Shown: positions 1-12,267 of the stretch, in pieces
Numbering within the stretch: position 1 is the stretch's first letter
How the letters are laid out: each line of letters starts with the position of its first letter
Source: Callorhinchus milii
Lineage: Eukaryota
Length of the DNA: 64,000 nt
Assembly (NCBI RefSeq): GCF_018977255.1
Contig: NW_024704742.1
Location: forward strand, 66,714,001 to 66,778,000
Reading direction: 5' to 3'
Notes under the pieces: model-generated
The model's database searches: none
Told to the model about the DNA's origin: nothing
Seen by the model: only the letters and a program-made list of their open reading frames with translations
Position numbers and translations under genes: made by a program

Positions 1-529
1 CATGTCGGACACCCAACTGACCCAAATCTTGTATACACTGCGCAAACAGATAATAAATGGGATAGCAAGTGAAGCTCAGGTGCATAATTGTTACATCACT
101 GGAGAGGACGGGTGTGTGACTCACACAGATCTGTGCCTGTGGTCTTTGTACGTGACGTGATTGTTCTCATTTATAATGTAAAGGTCACACACTCGGTAAA
201 TCAATACCAGCCTGGGTTAGTGCTGGGGCAGAATCTGAATTAATCATTGTAACTGGAGTGAATGCAGCATCTTTTTAATAATATCTTTTGTCGTTACATT
301 TTTCCAGGTGTTTAGCTGGTCGTTTACTGATGTTGCTGCTTCATTACATCAAGGAGTCTAACAAGACCTGAAGGGGGGTAGGTGGGCAGGACGGGTAAAC
401 AGGAATCCTAAATTTTACAGCACAGCACAGAATAATAAAAATAGTTCTTACATTTTATTAGCGACTTTCGAATCGGAGGATGCCCAAAGCGCTTCTCAGG
501 ATTTACTGTATGGGGCCACAGACATAGAG

Positions 530-745
530 TGGGGCAAGATCATGGAGGGATTTAAAAGTGAGGCTGAGTATCCTTAACTTGATCCTCTGAGGGATCGGGA
601 GTCAGGTGAGTTTTGCGGAGCCTAGTGCGGGAAAGAACACAAGCTGCGGAGTTCTGAATTAGGTCTTGTAGAGGGAAGAGTTAGGAATTCCAGTGAGCAG
701 AAAATTGGCGTAGTCAAGCCTAGACATGACAAAAACATGGATAAC
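530..745 (-). mobile_element. L2-clade LINE fragment (RT C-terminal region), decayed
   Basis: Aligns by eye with L2 copies at 12600-12830 and 60130-60350 (e.g. gcgtagtcaagcctagacatga vs gcgtagccgagcgtagacatga). Confidence 0.75.
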
Positions 746-1367
746 GGATAACCATCTAAATATTCTCTGAATATCATGAATTTCCTTACTTTGCTGCATT
801 GAGGTATTGGTAACTAGTTTATCTTACACTGACCCTGTGTTTCTGTTAAAGGCATTTCTCCCGTTGTCCTAGCCGACAATCTTCCAGATTATCAACCTTT
901 GCCCATTCACTGTAGGCATGTAAGTGGGAACTTGCTGCGTGCAATTGACATATGGGTTCGTGCAAAAACACCTAAGTCGCTACACTTGTCAGCAATTGCC
1001 TGTGCAGTGTTTTGAGATGTCTGAACCTTATAGGTGCTGTAACTGGATGATAATAATGAACCTTGCATTTAATATAGAGCCGTTATCAAGTCGTTGAAAA
1101 GTCTTGAAGCACTTCACAGGATTGTAGCTACAAAATACACAGTCATTAAGTCTGGCACAGAATGACGACTCTCACAATTATAATAATAATATTAATAATT
1201 ATAATGATTCTTTGATTTGACATAGCCTTTCCCATTGGGAGGATGTCTCAAAGCGCTTCACAAGATGTAGTGTAAAATGTAGTGGCTATGTGTTTTGTGG
1301 ATGAATGGGGCAGTCAATCAAGCTGAGAATACTTTGGACACTGTGTACAAGCAGTACATAGAATTAC

Positions 1368-1695
1368 ATAATAATAATATGTAATAATCCTTGCATCTGT
1401 TATAGCATCTTATCACGTCTCAACATTTCAAGACGTTTCAACATCGCAAAGCCCATCACAGATTATAGTGTGAAATGGATTGCCTGTATATTTTGTGGGT
1501 CAAACACAGCAGCCAATTGCACACAGCAGTGTCACACAGTTGTGGATTCAGTTGCTGTGGACTGGGTGACCAAATGTTTTTTGGAGGAAGGTTATTATCC
1601 CCGAAAAGCGATCCACCAATCAGCTAACAACCGGGTTCCTACTTAGTGCTCGGTAAACTGAGGTGTGTGAAGTCAGGTATCGCCCTGCCCAGCAA
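1368..1695 (-). mobile_element. SINE family A (tRNA-Ala/CORE-like), head truncated
   Basis: Reverse-strand tail taatccttgcat..., body gcagccaattgcacacagcagtgtc, middle ccgggttcctactt, ends at cgccctgccc. Confidence 0.85.
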
Positions 1696-1876
1696 AGACC
1701 ACTTGACCCAACTAGTCTGTACCGGTGTTTATGATCCGCACAAGCCCCCCCTTCCTCCTAAAGAACACATTTTAACTATGAGCAAGAAAGAAGGTATTTG
1801 TGTTTCATTGTATCATATTGTGTTGAAATGCTTCAAAACACCTCATAATATTAACTAGTAGGAAGTAATTCTGCCC

Positions 1877-2113
1877 TCTGGAACTCCATCCCGCAATTCC
1901 TCCGCCTTGTTCCCTCCCTTACCTCCTTCAAGATCCGTCTCAAGACCCTCCTCTTCGACCATGCCTTCGGTCACCCTCCTTCAGCCCCTGCTCTCCACCC
2001 TCCCCGATCCCGACCCCCAGTTCGGGTCCAAAGCACTGATTGTCCAGCACCTTGGGGCGTCCTCCCGACACGAAAGGCACTATACAAATATAATTTTGTT
2101 GTTGTTGTTGTTG
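1877..2113 (+). mobile_element. L2 LINE 3' end with (TTG)n tail
   Basis: ctctggaactccatccc...ttcaagatccgtctcaagaccctcctcttc (LWNS...FK..LKT.LF, end of L2 ORF2), then 3'UTR cttggggcgtcctcccgacacgaaaggcactat and TTG repeats. Confidence 0.9.
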
Positions 2114-2889
2114 TACTGTCCCATGAACAGTCATGAAGTGAATGACCAGTTTGATGTGAGGGATTGCTGGGCAGGACACCAAGACAAACTCCCTTCCGTT
2201 TTTGAGTTGTCTGTTTATCGCACACCTTAACAGATGGATGGGAACTTGGTTTAACACCTTACCTGATATTAGACAAAGCAGCCTCCAAGGATTGTATCGC
2301 AAACTTCTATAAGACTGTGAGCTCAAGTTCCAAAATGGTTCTTGAACCTACAACCTTCTGACCCAGAAGCCAGTGTGCTATCAACTGCATCAAACTGACA
2401 CACAGAGGAAAGCGCCAGTTGAGGTCTCTCAATGAGGATGTAAAATCAATTTATTTATTTTTGGGCTCAGTGAGGTGATGGATGTCAGTGATGGGAATAG
2501 AATATTTTCCACTTTGATATCCAAGTATTCTCATGTTGGGTTTTCCAGTTAGATAGAGCGCAAAGTTTGTTTATAGGTGGCTGAGCTTTCATCCAATCTA
2601 CCCGTGTTTTCTGGATTTCTCTTCTAGAACCTCTTTGCCTCGCTTCACTCCCTGTCTTCAAAATCCTCCCTAAAAATGACCGTAGGCACGGTTGAGGAGA
2701 AAGGTCTTCAGATGTGACCTGAAGATGGGAAAGGAGCGGAGGGATAGAGAAAGTGTGTTCCAGAGTTTCGTGGCTGAAAGTGTGGCCACCGATGGTGGAA
2801 CGGAAGGTACGAGGGACAAGCAGGAAGGAGACTGAAACCAGTCGAGCGGGGGCAGCAATTATATATTATAATATTATTATAATATTAAT

Positions 2890-3165
2890 AATCCATATAA
2901 TTTATATCACATCGTGTCATCGTTGAAACATCTCCAAGTGCTTCATAGGATTTACTGTAAAGTGCAATGACTGTATTTTGTAGGACAATGAGGCAATTTG
3001 CGCACAGCAATGTCCCACAAAAAGCCATGAAGTGAATGACCCATTTTATTTGGGAGATTGTTGGCCAAGACACTGAGGGAAACTCCCTTCTCTTTTGAAG
3101 TAATGCCGTGGAATCGACAACATCCACATGAACAGGGAGATGGGATCTCGGTTTGACGCCTCATC
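2890..3165 (-). mobile_element. SINE family B (DeuSINE) 3' portion
   Basis: Reverse of the shared tail plus Deu-domain segment (ttggccaagacactgagggaaactcc...ggtttgacgcctcatcc). Confidence 0.8.
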
Positions 3166-3299
3166 CATTGGTGGTCGGGAGCGAACACAGCAGCAGGCAG
3201 AGCGAGCTGGGGGCGAGCAGAGGAATAGCGTAAGAGAAGATCACAGAAGTAGGGAATGGGGGGTCTTTAGGACATGAGAGGATTCATGGATCAACTAAC

Positions 3300-3648
3300 T
3301 TTGAGTCATCTCGCAAGCGAGAGGACCTGGGTTCGATTCCCGGGCAGGGCGAAACGTTGGGCAAGTTTCCTTATTCCACAAACCTCTGTTTGCCTAGCAA
3401 TAAGTAGGAACCCGGTTGTAAGTCGATTGGTGGATTGCTTTCTGGGGGTAATAATTCCTTTAAAAAAATGTCACTCAATTCACTACTGTTTTTAGGACAC
3501 TACCGTGTGCAATTGGCTGCTGGGTTTTGCTCACAAAATATAGTCAATTTACTTTACAGTATATTCTGTGAAGCGCTTTGAGACATCTCAACGACATAAT
3601 GAGGTGCTATATCAAATGCAAGGATTATTATTTATTATTATTATTATT
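3300..3648 (+). mobile_element. SINE family A, near full length
   Basis: ctcgcaagcgagaggacctgggttcgattcccggg (tRNA anticodon and T arm, B box GTTCGATTC), ttgggcaagtttcctt, tail ending (TTA)n. Confidence 0.9.
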
Positions 3649-4019
3649 ACAGTTCTTTGAAATAATGCAAGTTGGAGGGGGGTGGGCGTGGGGAGGGCTA
3701 TCTCTGGCTCCACGTTTCAAGCACTTTCTCCCCCTCAGTCACATGGCTGTTGCCCCCACAGCAGGGCTGGGTAGATAAGGTAATGATGTGCAATGCAGTG
3801 AAGTAGCTCGGTTCTTAACCCCCAACCTCCACAGCATAATCATTCAGTAGGTGGCAAACTACCCACTCGCCACTTAAGTATTACTACTGTGCGAGGTGGG
3901 GGAACAGAATAAACCGTCCTTATTTCTTTTAAACTAAGGGAAGGGAGAGAAGAATAAAAATAACAGAGAGGCTACAGTAAATTGTTCCCCCGCTAACCCC
4001 AGTCAGAGCATTTTTTTTA

Positions 4020-4626
4020 GTTCTGTAGCATATTTATTAGAGCATTTGCCTTGCAAGCAAGAGGACCGGGGTTTGAGTCCCGGGCAGGGCGAAACGTTAG
4101 GCTGGTTTCCTTACTCCACACACCTCAGTTTACGTAGCAGTAATAATACTACTACTAATAATAATAATAATCCTTGCATTTGATGTAGCGCTTTTTACTT
4201 ATTCTAGACGTCTCAAAGCGCTTCACAGAATATGCTGTAAAGTGAATTGACTATATATTTGTGGGCGAAACGCGGCAGCCAATTGCGCACAGCAGTGTCC
4301 CACAAACATTCGTGGATTGAAAATGACCAGTTTATTATTGTTTTGTTTTTGTGGAGGGATTATTATTCCTACGGTAAGTAGGAACCTGGTTGTTAGTCGA
4401 TTGGTGGATCACTTTTCTGGGGGTAATAATCCCTTCAAACAAAAACAAAATAATAATAATTTGGTCACTCAATCCACAACTGTTTGTCGGACGCTGTTGT
4501 GCACAATTGGCTCCTGCGTTTCGCACATAAAATATACAGTCAATTAACTTTACAGTATATTCTGTGAAGCACTTTGAGACGTCTCAATGACATGATGAGG
4601 CGCTATATCAAATGCAAGGATTATTA
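4020..4626 (+). mobile_element. SINE family A interrupted by an inverted family A 3' half (about 4145-4372)
   Basis: Head runs to agcagtaa (~4143); a minus-strand tail and body follow; the + copy resumes at gtaagtaggaacctggttgttag (~4373). Confidence 0.85.
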
Positions 4627-4699
4627 CTTTTTTTAACATATAAAGTGGTGGGGGAAATCCCCACCAGTCCCAAGGAAATCCCCAGCAGCAATTTCAATA

Positions 4700-5780
4700 T
4701 TCCCCATCAGTAAATTGCTCTTCCATAATAATAAAGTTAATGGCGATTTCGGGGACAGTCGGAAAACAGTCACCGTTTAGGCAGTGACGTTGTCGTATTA
4801 TCTGTAGCGAGTCCTCATCAAATACATGAAGCATTGCTTTATCTGCAGAAATCTCTTTTTAATGTTTCTGGTTGTGGGATAAAAATGCCCCTTTGCGTTC
4901 AATCCCCACCAGTGCAAATTTCTTTAAAACTGCCCTGTCCTGCCCCCACTTCACCTCCACCCCTTCCCATCCCCCCTGGGTTTGCCCCTTACATCCCCCC
5001 TCTGATCCAGTTATGCACTTGCAGAAAAATTCTTGTGCAGTTGCTGTCAGCTGAAACGCAGAGGGAGATGCTGAGACCAGCGAGACCGGCTCTGTGAGTG
5101 TCAGGCTTCAGAGCGGACACTGCCGTGGGATCGAGGGCCCCACTAAATCACTGCATGCTTGTCAACATCTCCAACCCGCTCGGATTACTCAAGTGAAAAT
5201 AATGAATGGCTGTCATTGTGGAGCCCAAAATCCTGTGATTATAATTATCACATCCCCAGTGACCTTGCATAAACTTTAATCCCTCTCCAATGGAGCATTT
5301 AAATAGCCTGTATCCACCGCCCAGGAACCGTGTCCCATGGCGGAGAGGAGAGCGAGGGAGGCCGGGGGAAGCAGAGGTTTCACAAGGCGCTGCGTGTCTG
5401 TGTCTGTCTCTGTGCCCCGCACCCATCTGCCTACCCCCCTATCCCCATCCGCGACTCGTAGCTCGTCTCGCGCACAGCCTCTCTCTAGGAGAGAGATAAA
5501 CACAACAAGCAAACAAAACCCAACGCAGTGTTAATTGAATTATTATGCGCTCTCATCCACATCTTAAAGGCCTCAGACATTGGTATTCAATTCAGAGTGT
5601 CGCCTTCGCACAAATTAGGTCAAGTCGTTTCGGGCGCATTTTCAAGAAGCAAAATGTTCGTGGCTTTTGCGGGCGGCCAAGTGGGGAGGGGTCCTGGTGA
5701 GGAGTGATGGATGTTACATATTTTGCTTTATTTTTAAAAGAATTTACATTGTGGGGAGGGGGAGGGAGGGGCAACGCACT
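4700..5780. promoter_or_regulatory. Repeat-free, CpG-enriched island; candidate alternative promoter or first exon
   Basis: About 1.1 kb without recognisable repeats, visibly CpG-rich at 5300-5700; ATG at 5068 and donor-like CT|GTGAGT at 5093/5094. Confidence 0.4.
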
Positions 5781-5787
5781 GAAATCA

Positions 5788-6106
5788 TAACAATAATCCT
5801 TGTATTTGTTATTGTGCCTTATCCTGTTCGTTGAGACATCCCAAAGTGTTTAGCAAAACATGGCAGCCAATTGCGAACAGCAGTGTCCCACAAACAGTCA
5901 TGGATTGAGTGATCAAAAAAATGTGTTGAGAGATTATTACCCCCAGAAAGCAATCCACCAATCTGGGTTCCTACTTACTACTAGGTAAACAGTGGGGTGT
6001 GGGGCGTGGAGTAAGCAAACTTGCCTGAGGTTTTGCCCTGTCCAGCAATCGAACCTGGGTCCTCTCACTTGAGGTGAGCGTGCTAACCACTACACTTCAG
6101 GACTCC
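5788..6106 (-). mobile_element. SINE family A, full span with internal deletion
   Basis: Reverse tail at 5790; reverse head ...atcgaacctgggtcctctcacttgaggtgagcgtgctaaccactacacttcaggactcc. Confidence 0.9.
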
Positions 6107-6587
6107 ACATAAAATTAAAGCTCTGCCATATGTGGTGGTTGGAGGCACAGATTGGATCAGATATAACAGGAGGAACAGCTCTGACTTACTCTGTGTCTAT
6201 TTTAGCAGCACTGTGCTGTTGTATAATAATCACCCACAAATATACAATCAATTCACTTTACAGTATATTCTGTGAAGCGCTTTGAGATTGTCCAGTAGAC
6301 GTGAAAAGCGCTATATCAAATGCAAGGATTATTATTATTATTTTGGATTATTGTTCCTGTGATTGGGAAATTGACAAGAGAGGCACAAATAAACTCATCA
6401 GGTTCTCTCTGTGTGCTGTCTGCTTGCTCCGTCCCAAGAAGGAATTGAGGATGGCAGATTCTTCCAATGCTTTCTAGTGGAGGGGCGGGTGTTCGCAGCA
6501 AACAGCTTTTTTTCTTATAGGACAATGGATCAGCAGGAATAGTGGTCTGAAGATGCTCTTCCTTCCTTCTATGGTGCTCTAAGCTTT

Positions 6588-7045
6588 GGAGTCCTGTAGC
6601 TTAGTGGTTAGAGCACACACCTCGCAAGCAAGAGGACTCAGGTTCGATTCCTGGGCAGGGCGAAACGTTGGGCAAGTTTCCTTATTCCACACTCCACTGT
6701 TTATCTAGCAGTGAGTAAGAACCCGGTTGTTAGTCAATTGGAGGATAGCTTTTCCAGGGGGTAATAACCCCTTCAAAATAAATAAATAAATAAATAATAA
6801 TAATAATTTGGTCACTCAATCCAGAAATGTTTGCTCGCAAAATGCACAGTCACTGCATTTTACATTACATTCTGTGAAACCCTTTGAGACATCTCGAAGA
6901 TGTGATAAGGAGCTGTATCAAATGCAAGGATTATTATTATAATTTTCACCCAATTAACTTTACAGTATATTCTGTGAAGCGCCTTGAGATGTCTCGAAGA
7001 GAGATAATGTGCTATATCAAATGCAAGGATTATTATTATTATTAT
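6588..7045 (+). mobile_element. SINE family A full length plus a second tandem tail
   Basis: ggagtcctgtagcttagtggttagagc (A box) ... ggttcgattcc (B box); tail ends ~6940 and a second tail spans 6945-7045. Confidence 0.92.
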
Positions 7046-7111
7046 ATTTTATGTCAGGAAGATGCCACAAAGCGCTTCACAGCATTTACTATAGTGAAGT
7101 ACCACACAGTA

Positions 7112-7480
7112 TTTTGCCTGCTCAGTGGACTTCCCAACTCCACAAGATGCAGATTATTCAGAACTCTGGAGCTCGTGACCTCTCCCGCTCCTATCACCCC
7201 CATTCTTGCCAGCTTCACTGCCCCGCCATTCCTCAGAGAACTGAGTGCAAAACACTCGTTCTTACCTTCAAGGTTCTCCACGGTCTTGTTCCCCCTACCT
7301 CTGCGATCTCATATCCCATATCAACCTGTCCACTCCCTTTGCTCGTCGGATACCAGCCTGCTTCAGATCCCCCACACTTCCCGCCCCACCATTGGCGGTC
7401 GGGCATTCAGCATCTCCATCCCCATACTCTGGAACTCTATCCCGCAATCCCTCCGCCTCACCCCCCCTCTTACCTCCTTC
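7112..7480 (+). mobile_element. L2 LINE fragment (ORF2 C-terminus)
   Basis: Translations ITPILA..., PHTSRPTIGGRAFSISIPILWNSIPQSLRLT, typical of the L2 ORF2 end. Confidence 0.9.
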
Positions 7481-7699
7481 AATGCAGCGGCCAATTTTGC
7501 ACACAGTAACGTCCCACAAACAGCCACAAAGTGAATAACCAATTTTATTTGGGGGACTGTTGGCCAGGACATCTTTTCAAGTGGTGCTATGGGATCTTTA
7601 ATAACCACCCAAACAGCCACTAAGGAATGTTACACCAGTGGTTGTTAGATGGCTGCTAAGATCCTGCACTCTCTCCTGTGCCATAACCCTTGAGTTATG

Positions 7700-8030
7700 T
7701 ACAATTGGTTGCAATTGTTTGATTAATTGACTCATTAGCAATTAATTACACATATACGTCGATAACAAATTTTGTAGTAATTTAACCATTTGAACAGACA
7801 AAAAAAAGTGAAACAGAGGCTGATTGCTTGATTAATGCTATGCAAGTAACAAAGATTATATCATTTGCACTGTGAAAGCGACCGGTATCAGGAGAAGCGT
7901 CTGCATTAAAGGCAAAGCGGAAACAAATACCACCTGACTGTTTGATAAATGGAAAACCACTTTGTTAGATTTGTTCTTGCAAATGCTTTGTGAACAGATT
8001 CGTTATATGGATCGTTGTCTTAAGGTTAAA
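7700..8030. promoter_or_regulatory. Putative conserved non-coding element (homeodomain-site rich)
   Basis: Repeat-free; dense TAAT/ATTA (gattaattgactcattagcaattaattac), with TGACTCA. Confidence 0.4.
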
Positions 8031-8094
8031 ACGGACCATATTTATTTTTCTTATGCATTAAAAAACAAAGGAACCTCTTTGTTCCTAAAATTAA

Positions 8095-8410
8095 AATAAT
8101 AATGCTTACAATTGATATAGCACCTTTCATGTCGAGAAAATATCTCAAAGAATTTAAGATTATATAGTGTAAAGTGGAGCAACTGTAAATTTTGTGGGTG
8201 AAACGTGGCAGCCAACTTGCACACAGCAGTGTCCCACAAACAGCCAAGGAGAAAGTGACCAATCTTAACTAGAGGATTGTTGGCCAGGACACAAAGAGAA
8301 ACTTTTGAAAAGGGTCATGGGAACTTTAATATCCACCTGAACAGGCAGATAGGGCTTTGATTTAATGTCTTATCCAAAGGACGGCATCTCCAGCAACTCA
8401 GCATTCCTTC
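8095..8410 (-). mobile_element. SINE family B (DeuSINE), 5' truncated
   Basis: Reverse Deu domain catgggaactttaatatccacctgaacaggcaga...tttaatgtcttatccaaaggacggcatctcc. Confidence 0.85.
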
Positions 8411-8687
8411 CCTATCTTCAGGTTGTGCCTGAAGATCTTCCTCTTCGACCGTGCCTACGGTCACTTCCCCCTCCCACCAGCTCCGCCACTGTCAAGCGTT
8501 CTGGAACACTATCCTCCGTGAGAGACGTTATATAAATGCAAGTTGTTGTTGTTGTAGTAGCATTCCTCCAGCACTGTATTGGAGCATTTGCCTGGACTGC
8601 GAGTTCAATGTCCTGGCAAAAATAGGACATGGGGTTGAGGAGAGTCACAGTCTTGGAAAGGGGAAGGGGAGAGGATGGGGAGAAACA

Positions 8688-8845
8688 TGAATGAATGAAT
8701 GAATGAATGAATGAATGAATGAATGAATGAATGAATGAATGAATGAATGAATGATGAGTGAGTGCGTGCGTGCGTGCGTGCGTGCGTGCGTGAGTGAGTG
8801 AGTGAGTGAGTGAGTGAGTGAGTGAGTGAGAGAGAGAGAGAGAGG
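8688..8845. repeat. Compound microsatellite (TGAA)n-(GCGT)n-(GAGT)n-(GA)n
   Basis: Read directly from the sequence. Confidence 0.98.
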
Positions 8846-10389
8846 AGGAAGTAGGCAAAGAGTGGGAGACTGAAAAGCAAAAGGGCATGAGTGGGCTGGA
8901 GCAGGGAAGAGTAACTGAAGGGTATCAGATGTTGGAACCTTCCTTGTCTGTATAGCTCCAGCTATTCATTGGATGAACATTCATGCTGCATCAGACGAGC
9001 TCCCAGGGTAGAGATCAGAGGCTTTGAAAAGGTTTAAAGCTTCACCTGTGACTGTGGAGTATGTGGGTGCAGAGCACAAACAATACAGACTGGTCACATC
9101 GAATTACTGCTCATAGTAGAACGCAGGAGATTTGGTCTTTAAGTGATGCATCACGCCTCGAGTTCAGGAGAATACCAATAAACAGCTGTTGTAAGGTGTC
9201 ACTGAATGTACATTGCGGGTGTTGTTATGATGGATCTATGGTGCCAAAGCTTCCCAAAGTGAAAGTGTCAGGCACATGAGGCCACTGCTGGCATCACGTA
9301 TGCATAATTTTACATCATGTTTATTCATTCCTCCTGCGACACGTTTTCCAAGGTACTCTTTTGCCACCAATTGGATTGGACTTTCTCCCAAACCAGATAG
9401 TGTGAGGTTTGCAAATGATGTCTTCTAAGCAATCTGAGATGCTACCTCATGTGAAGAGTGCTCTACAAATGAAAGTTTGTTTTTGCTGTTGTTTTAAAAA
9501 GCTTTATAAATTACCGAGAGGATTGAGAGTGGCAGAAGAGAAATCCAATTCAGTGTCTGAAATAATAATCCTTGCATTTGATCCAGCACCTTATCCAGTC
9601 GTCAAAGGCACCTCAAAGCACTTCACAGGATGTACTGTAAAATGTAGTGACTGTGTATTTTGTAGGGAACGCAGCACCCAATTTGCACAGGAGCAATGTC
9701 CCACAAACAACCTCATGAGGCGAATAATCAATTTATTTTATCTGGTGGGTTGCTGGCTAGGACACCAGGAGAAACACTCTTCAGTAAAGTGTAGTGACTG
9801 TACACCTTTAGGCAAGTGGTGCAGCTAATGTTTGCACAGCCAGAAACAGCTGTAAAGTGAAGGTGAAAAGGCGCTGGAGTGTATTGAAGTATTACATCAG
9901 ATGCAAGCGTTATAAGTACCATTGAAATTCACCTAATTTCCCGGCCAAATATCTGACCATGTAACAGTGATTGGAGCCCCCGCTTCTGAAGTTGTGGAAT
10001 TACTGTACTTTGATCTTACCATTGGGAGTTCTGCAGTTCAGTAGTTCTCTTCAATAATCTATATCCAGGATAGCCTGTTCAGGATTGAGTATGAAGCAGA
10101 AAAAGATCTTGAGGTTGATTGACTCTGAATTTATGAATTTGACCTTAGACTTCGAAATAGACAAGAATACAGTAACAGCACAAACAGGCACAAAGCTAAT
10201 GATTTGTCCGAGCACTCTGTGATGCACTATTACATGAAATGCAAGTTACTGTCATTTTGTCAATAAAGTTACTCTATATACTGTTACTTGTTAAACAACA
10301 ACAAGATTACATTTGTATAGCGCCTTTCACATTGGGAGGACATCCCAATGTGCTAGACAGCATACAGCATTTCAGAAGAACCACCAAGA

Positions 10390-10700
10390 GTGTCCACAGT
10401 ACTCCAGAGCATTGCTGATGACAGACCAGCCAGCCTGGCACATCGCTAGTTACTGGGAGCAGGGATTCTTCCCACTCAGCTCCTGTTAACCCTGCAAGCC
10501 AAAGCCATAACTTGTAGACAGTGCTCTCAATGGCAAGCTATATGGTTTTAGCTGGTTAGACCTCAGCAGTACCTCAAGGCACTCTCCAGGGTCCTCAAGC
10601 CTTGGCACTTGCGAACCTGTACCTAATACTCTCTAATGTAAGCTGGGCAGGGTGTGTCCTTCCAGTAAGAGAGTGAGCACTCCATTCCAAACACAGAAAT
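10390..10700 (+). repeat. Unclassified interspersed repeat 'family X' (strand arbitrary)
   Basis: Shares ttcccactcagctcctgttaaccctgcaagccaaagcc and agtgctctcaatggcaagct...ttttagctggtt with 8 other loci. Confidence 0.85.
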
Positions 10701-11069
10701 TTTACAAAATACATGTCAATCCACTTTACAGTATATCCTATGAAGATCTTTGAGACGTCTCAATGATGTGATAAGGGGCTATACCAAATGCAAGGATTAT
10801 TATTGTGGTAAAAAAAAGTTACCTGCTGTCTGTCCTGAAGATGTCCTAAACTCTAAACCAATGTCCTCTTTAAGCACACATTGTTGGTAAGAGCCAAGGC
10901 TTGGGGACTCGAGAGTATACATAGGATGGAGGGGGGGATCTGCAGAAGTTTAACCAACTAACACGTGCAGCTTGCCATCGCAAAAACTTCGCAAGCTTCT
11001 TTGCCAATGGTAGCACCCTGTACAGAGAATTTACTTCTGCATCTGATGAGTAAGCAGTGACCAAACCAT

Positions 11070-11492
11070 TGGTCTGTATTCCCTTGAGGTTCGGAGGTCG
11101 AAAGGTGATCTGATTGAGTTGTTCAAAATAATAAAGGGATTTGATAGGTTAGCTACAGAGAAACATTTTCCTCTGATGGGAGAATCAGAACAGTGGGGCA
11201 TCATTTTAAAATTAAAGCTAGGCCATTTAGGAGTGAAAGTTTTTCACTCAGGAGACATTTTTCCATGCAAAGGGTAGTGGAAAGCTGGAACTCTCTCCCC
11301 CAAAAGGCAGTGAATGCTGGATCCATTCAAATTTCAAGATTGAGGTAGAGAGATTTTTGTTAGGTCAGGGTATGATGGGGCAAAGGCGGGTATTTGGAGT
11401 CGAGGTCCAGATCAACCATGATCTGATAGAATGGTGGAACAGGCTCGAGGGGCTGAATGGCCTAATCCTGTTCCTATTGTTCTATGTTCTAT
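11070..11492 (+). mobile_element. CR1-clade LINE 3' end
   Basis: ggtctgtattcccttgag...tgatctgattgagttgttcaaaataataaagggatttgat (GLYSLE...DLIELFKIIKGFD); CR1 3'UTR gggctgaatggcctaatcctgttcct with ttctatg repeats. Confidence 0.92.
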
Positions 11493-11929
11493 TGGAAGCT
11501 GACAGAATTGGGCAGTGGGCAGGGAAATGATGATCTGTGCAAGTCAATAACTTGGTTCAGAGAGAGTCGCCTGCAGTGTTATCCACCCACCTGTACTCTG
11601 CTACAGGGGCCAAGCGCTCTTCACTCACGTACTTTATGCACCACAATGTGTCGCTCATGATGAGCATCTACCTGTGCAATGAGTAAGTGGTGGAGGAAGC
11701 TGTAAGAACTGGAGAGAAAAGCGAGAATTCCAAAAACAATTTCAGGCCTCTGACTTCTTATCAGCTGCTTTCATCTCCACAACTTTGTCTGTTCAGTTAT
11801 GAAATATCATTGCCTTGATTCTTATTTTTGCAGCCTGCAAAACATAAATCTTTCTCCTTAGACTCAGTGCAGTTGAAATGTACCCCAGTGAGTGGGCTGG
11901 ATAAGCATCGCCTCTCTACTCTATATACT

Positions 11930-12265
11930 CGTATGTGTCACCAACTGAACCAGGGGCGCTCTCACCTCTCAGTCAGAATGTTGTGGGTTCAACCCCTTTC
12001 AAGTCAGGACTTCGAACTTGCATAATCTAGGCTGACACTCCAGTGCAGTGCTGGGATGAGCCACATTGTCGGAGGTGCCATCCTTCGGAAGAGACATTAA
12101 ACTGAGATCCTGTCTGGTTGTTCAGAAGGATGTTAAAGATCCCATGGCAGCAATTGAAAAAAAAGGGAGTTTCTTTCGGTGTCCTGGTCAAAAATCATCC
12201 AGATAAAATTAGTCACTAATTCATGACTGTTTTGGGGACACTGGCTGCCGTACTCACTTCCAAAA
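11930..12265 (+). mobile_element. SINE family B (DeuSINE)
   Basis: tRNA-like head (gggttcaaccc), then cattgtcggaggtgccatccttcggaagagacattaaactgagatcctgtctg...gttaaagatcccatggca, resembling the Deu domain of the AmnSINE1/SacSINE1 group. Confidence 0.85.
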
Positions 12266-12267
12266 CA

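Noticed and set aside
6588..6662. tRNA-Ala gene (also heads at 3300, 21088, 36750, 42770)
   Set aside because: The tRNA-like heads lack a clean acceptor stem and terminator and run straight into SINE body and tail.
6884..7534. 216-aa ORF
   Set aside because: A chimera of SINE tails and a frameshifted L2 ORF2 end; not a gene.
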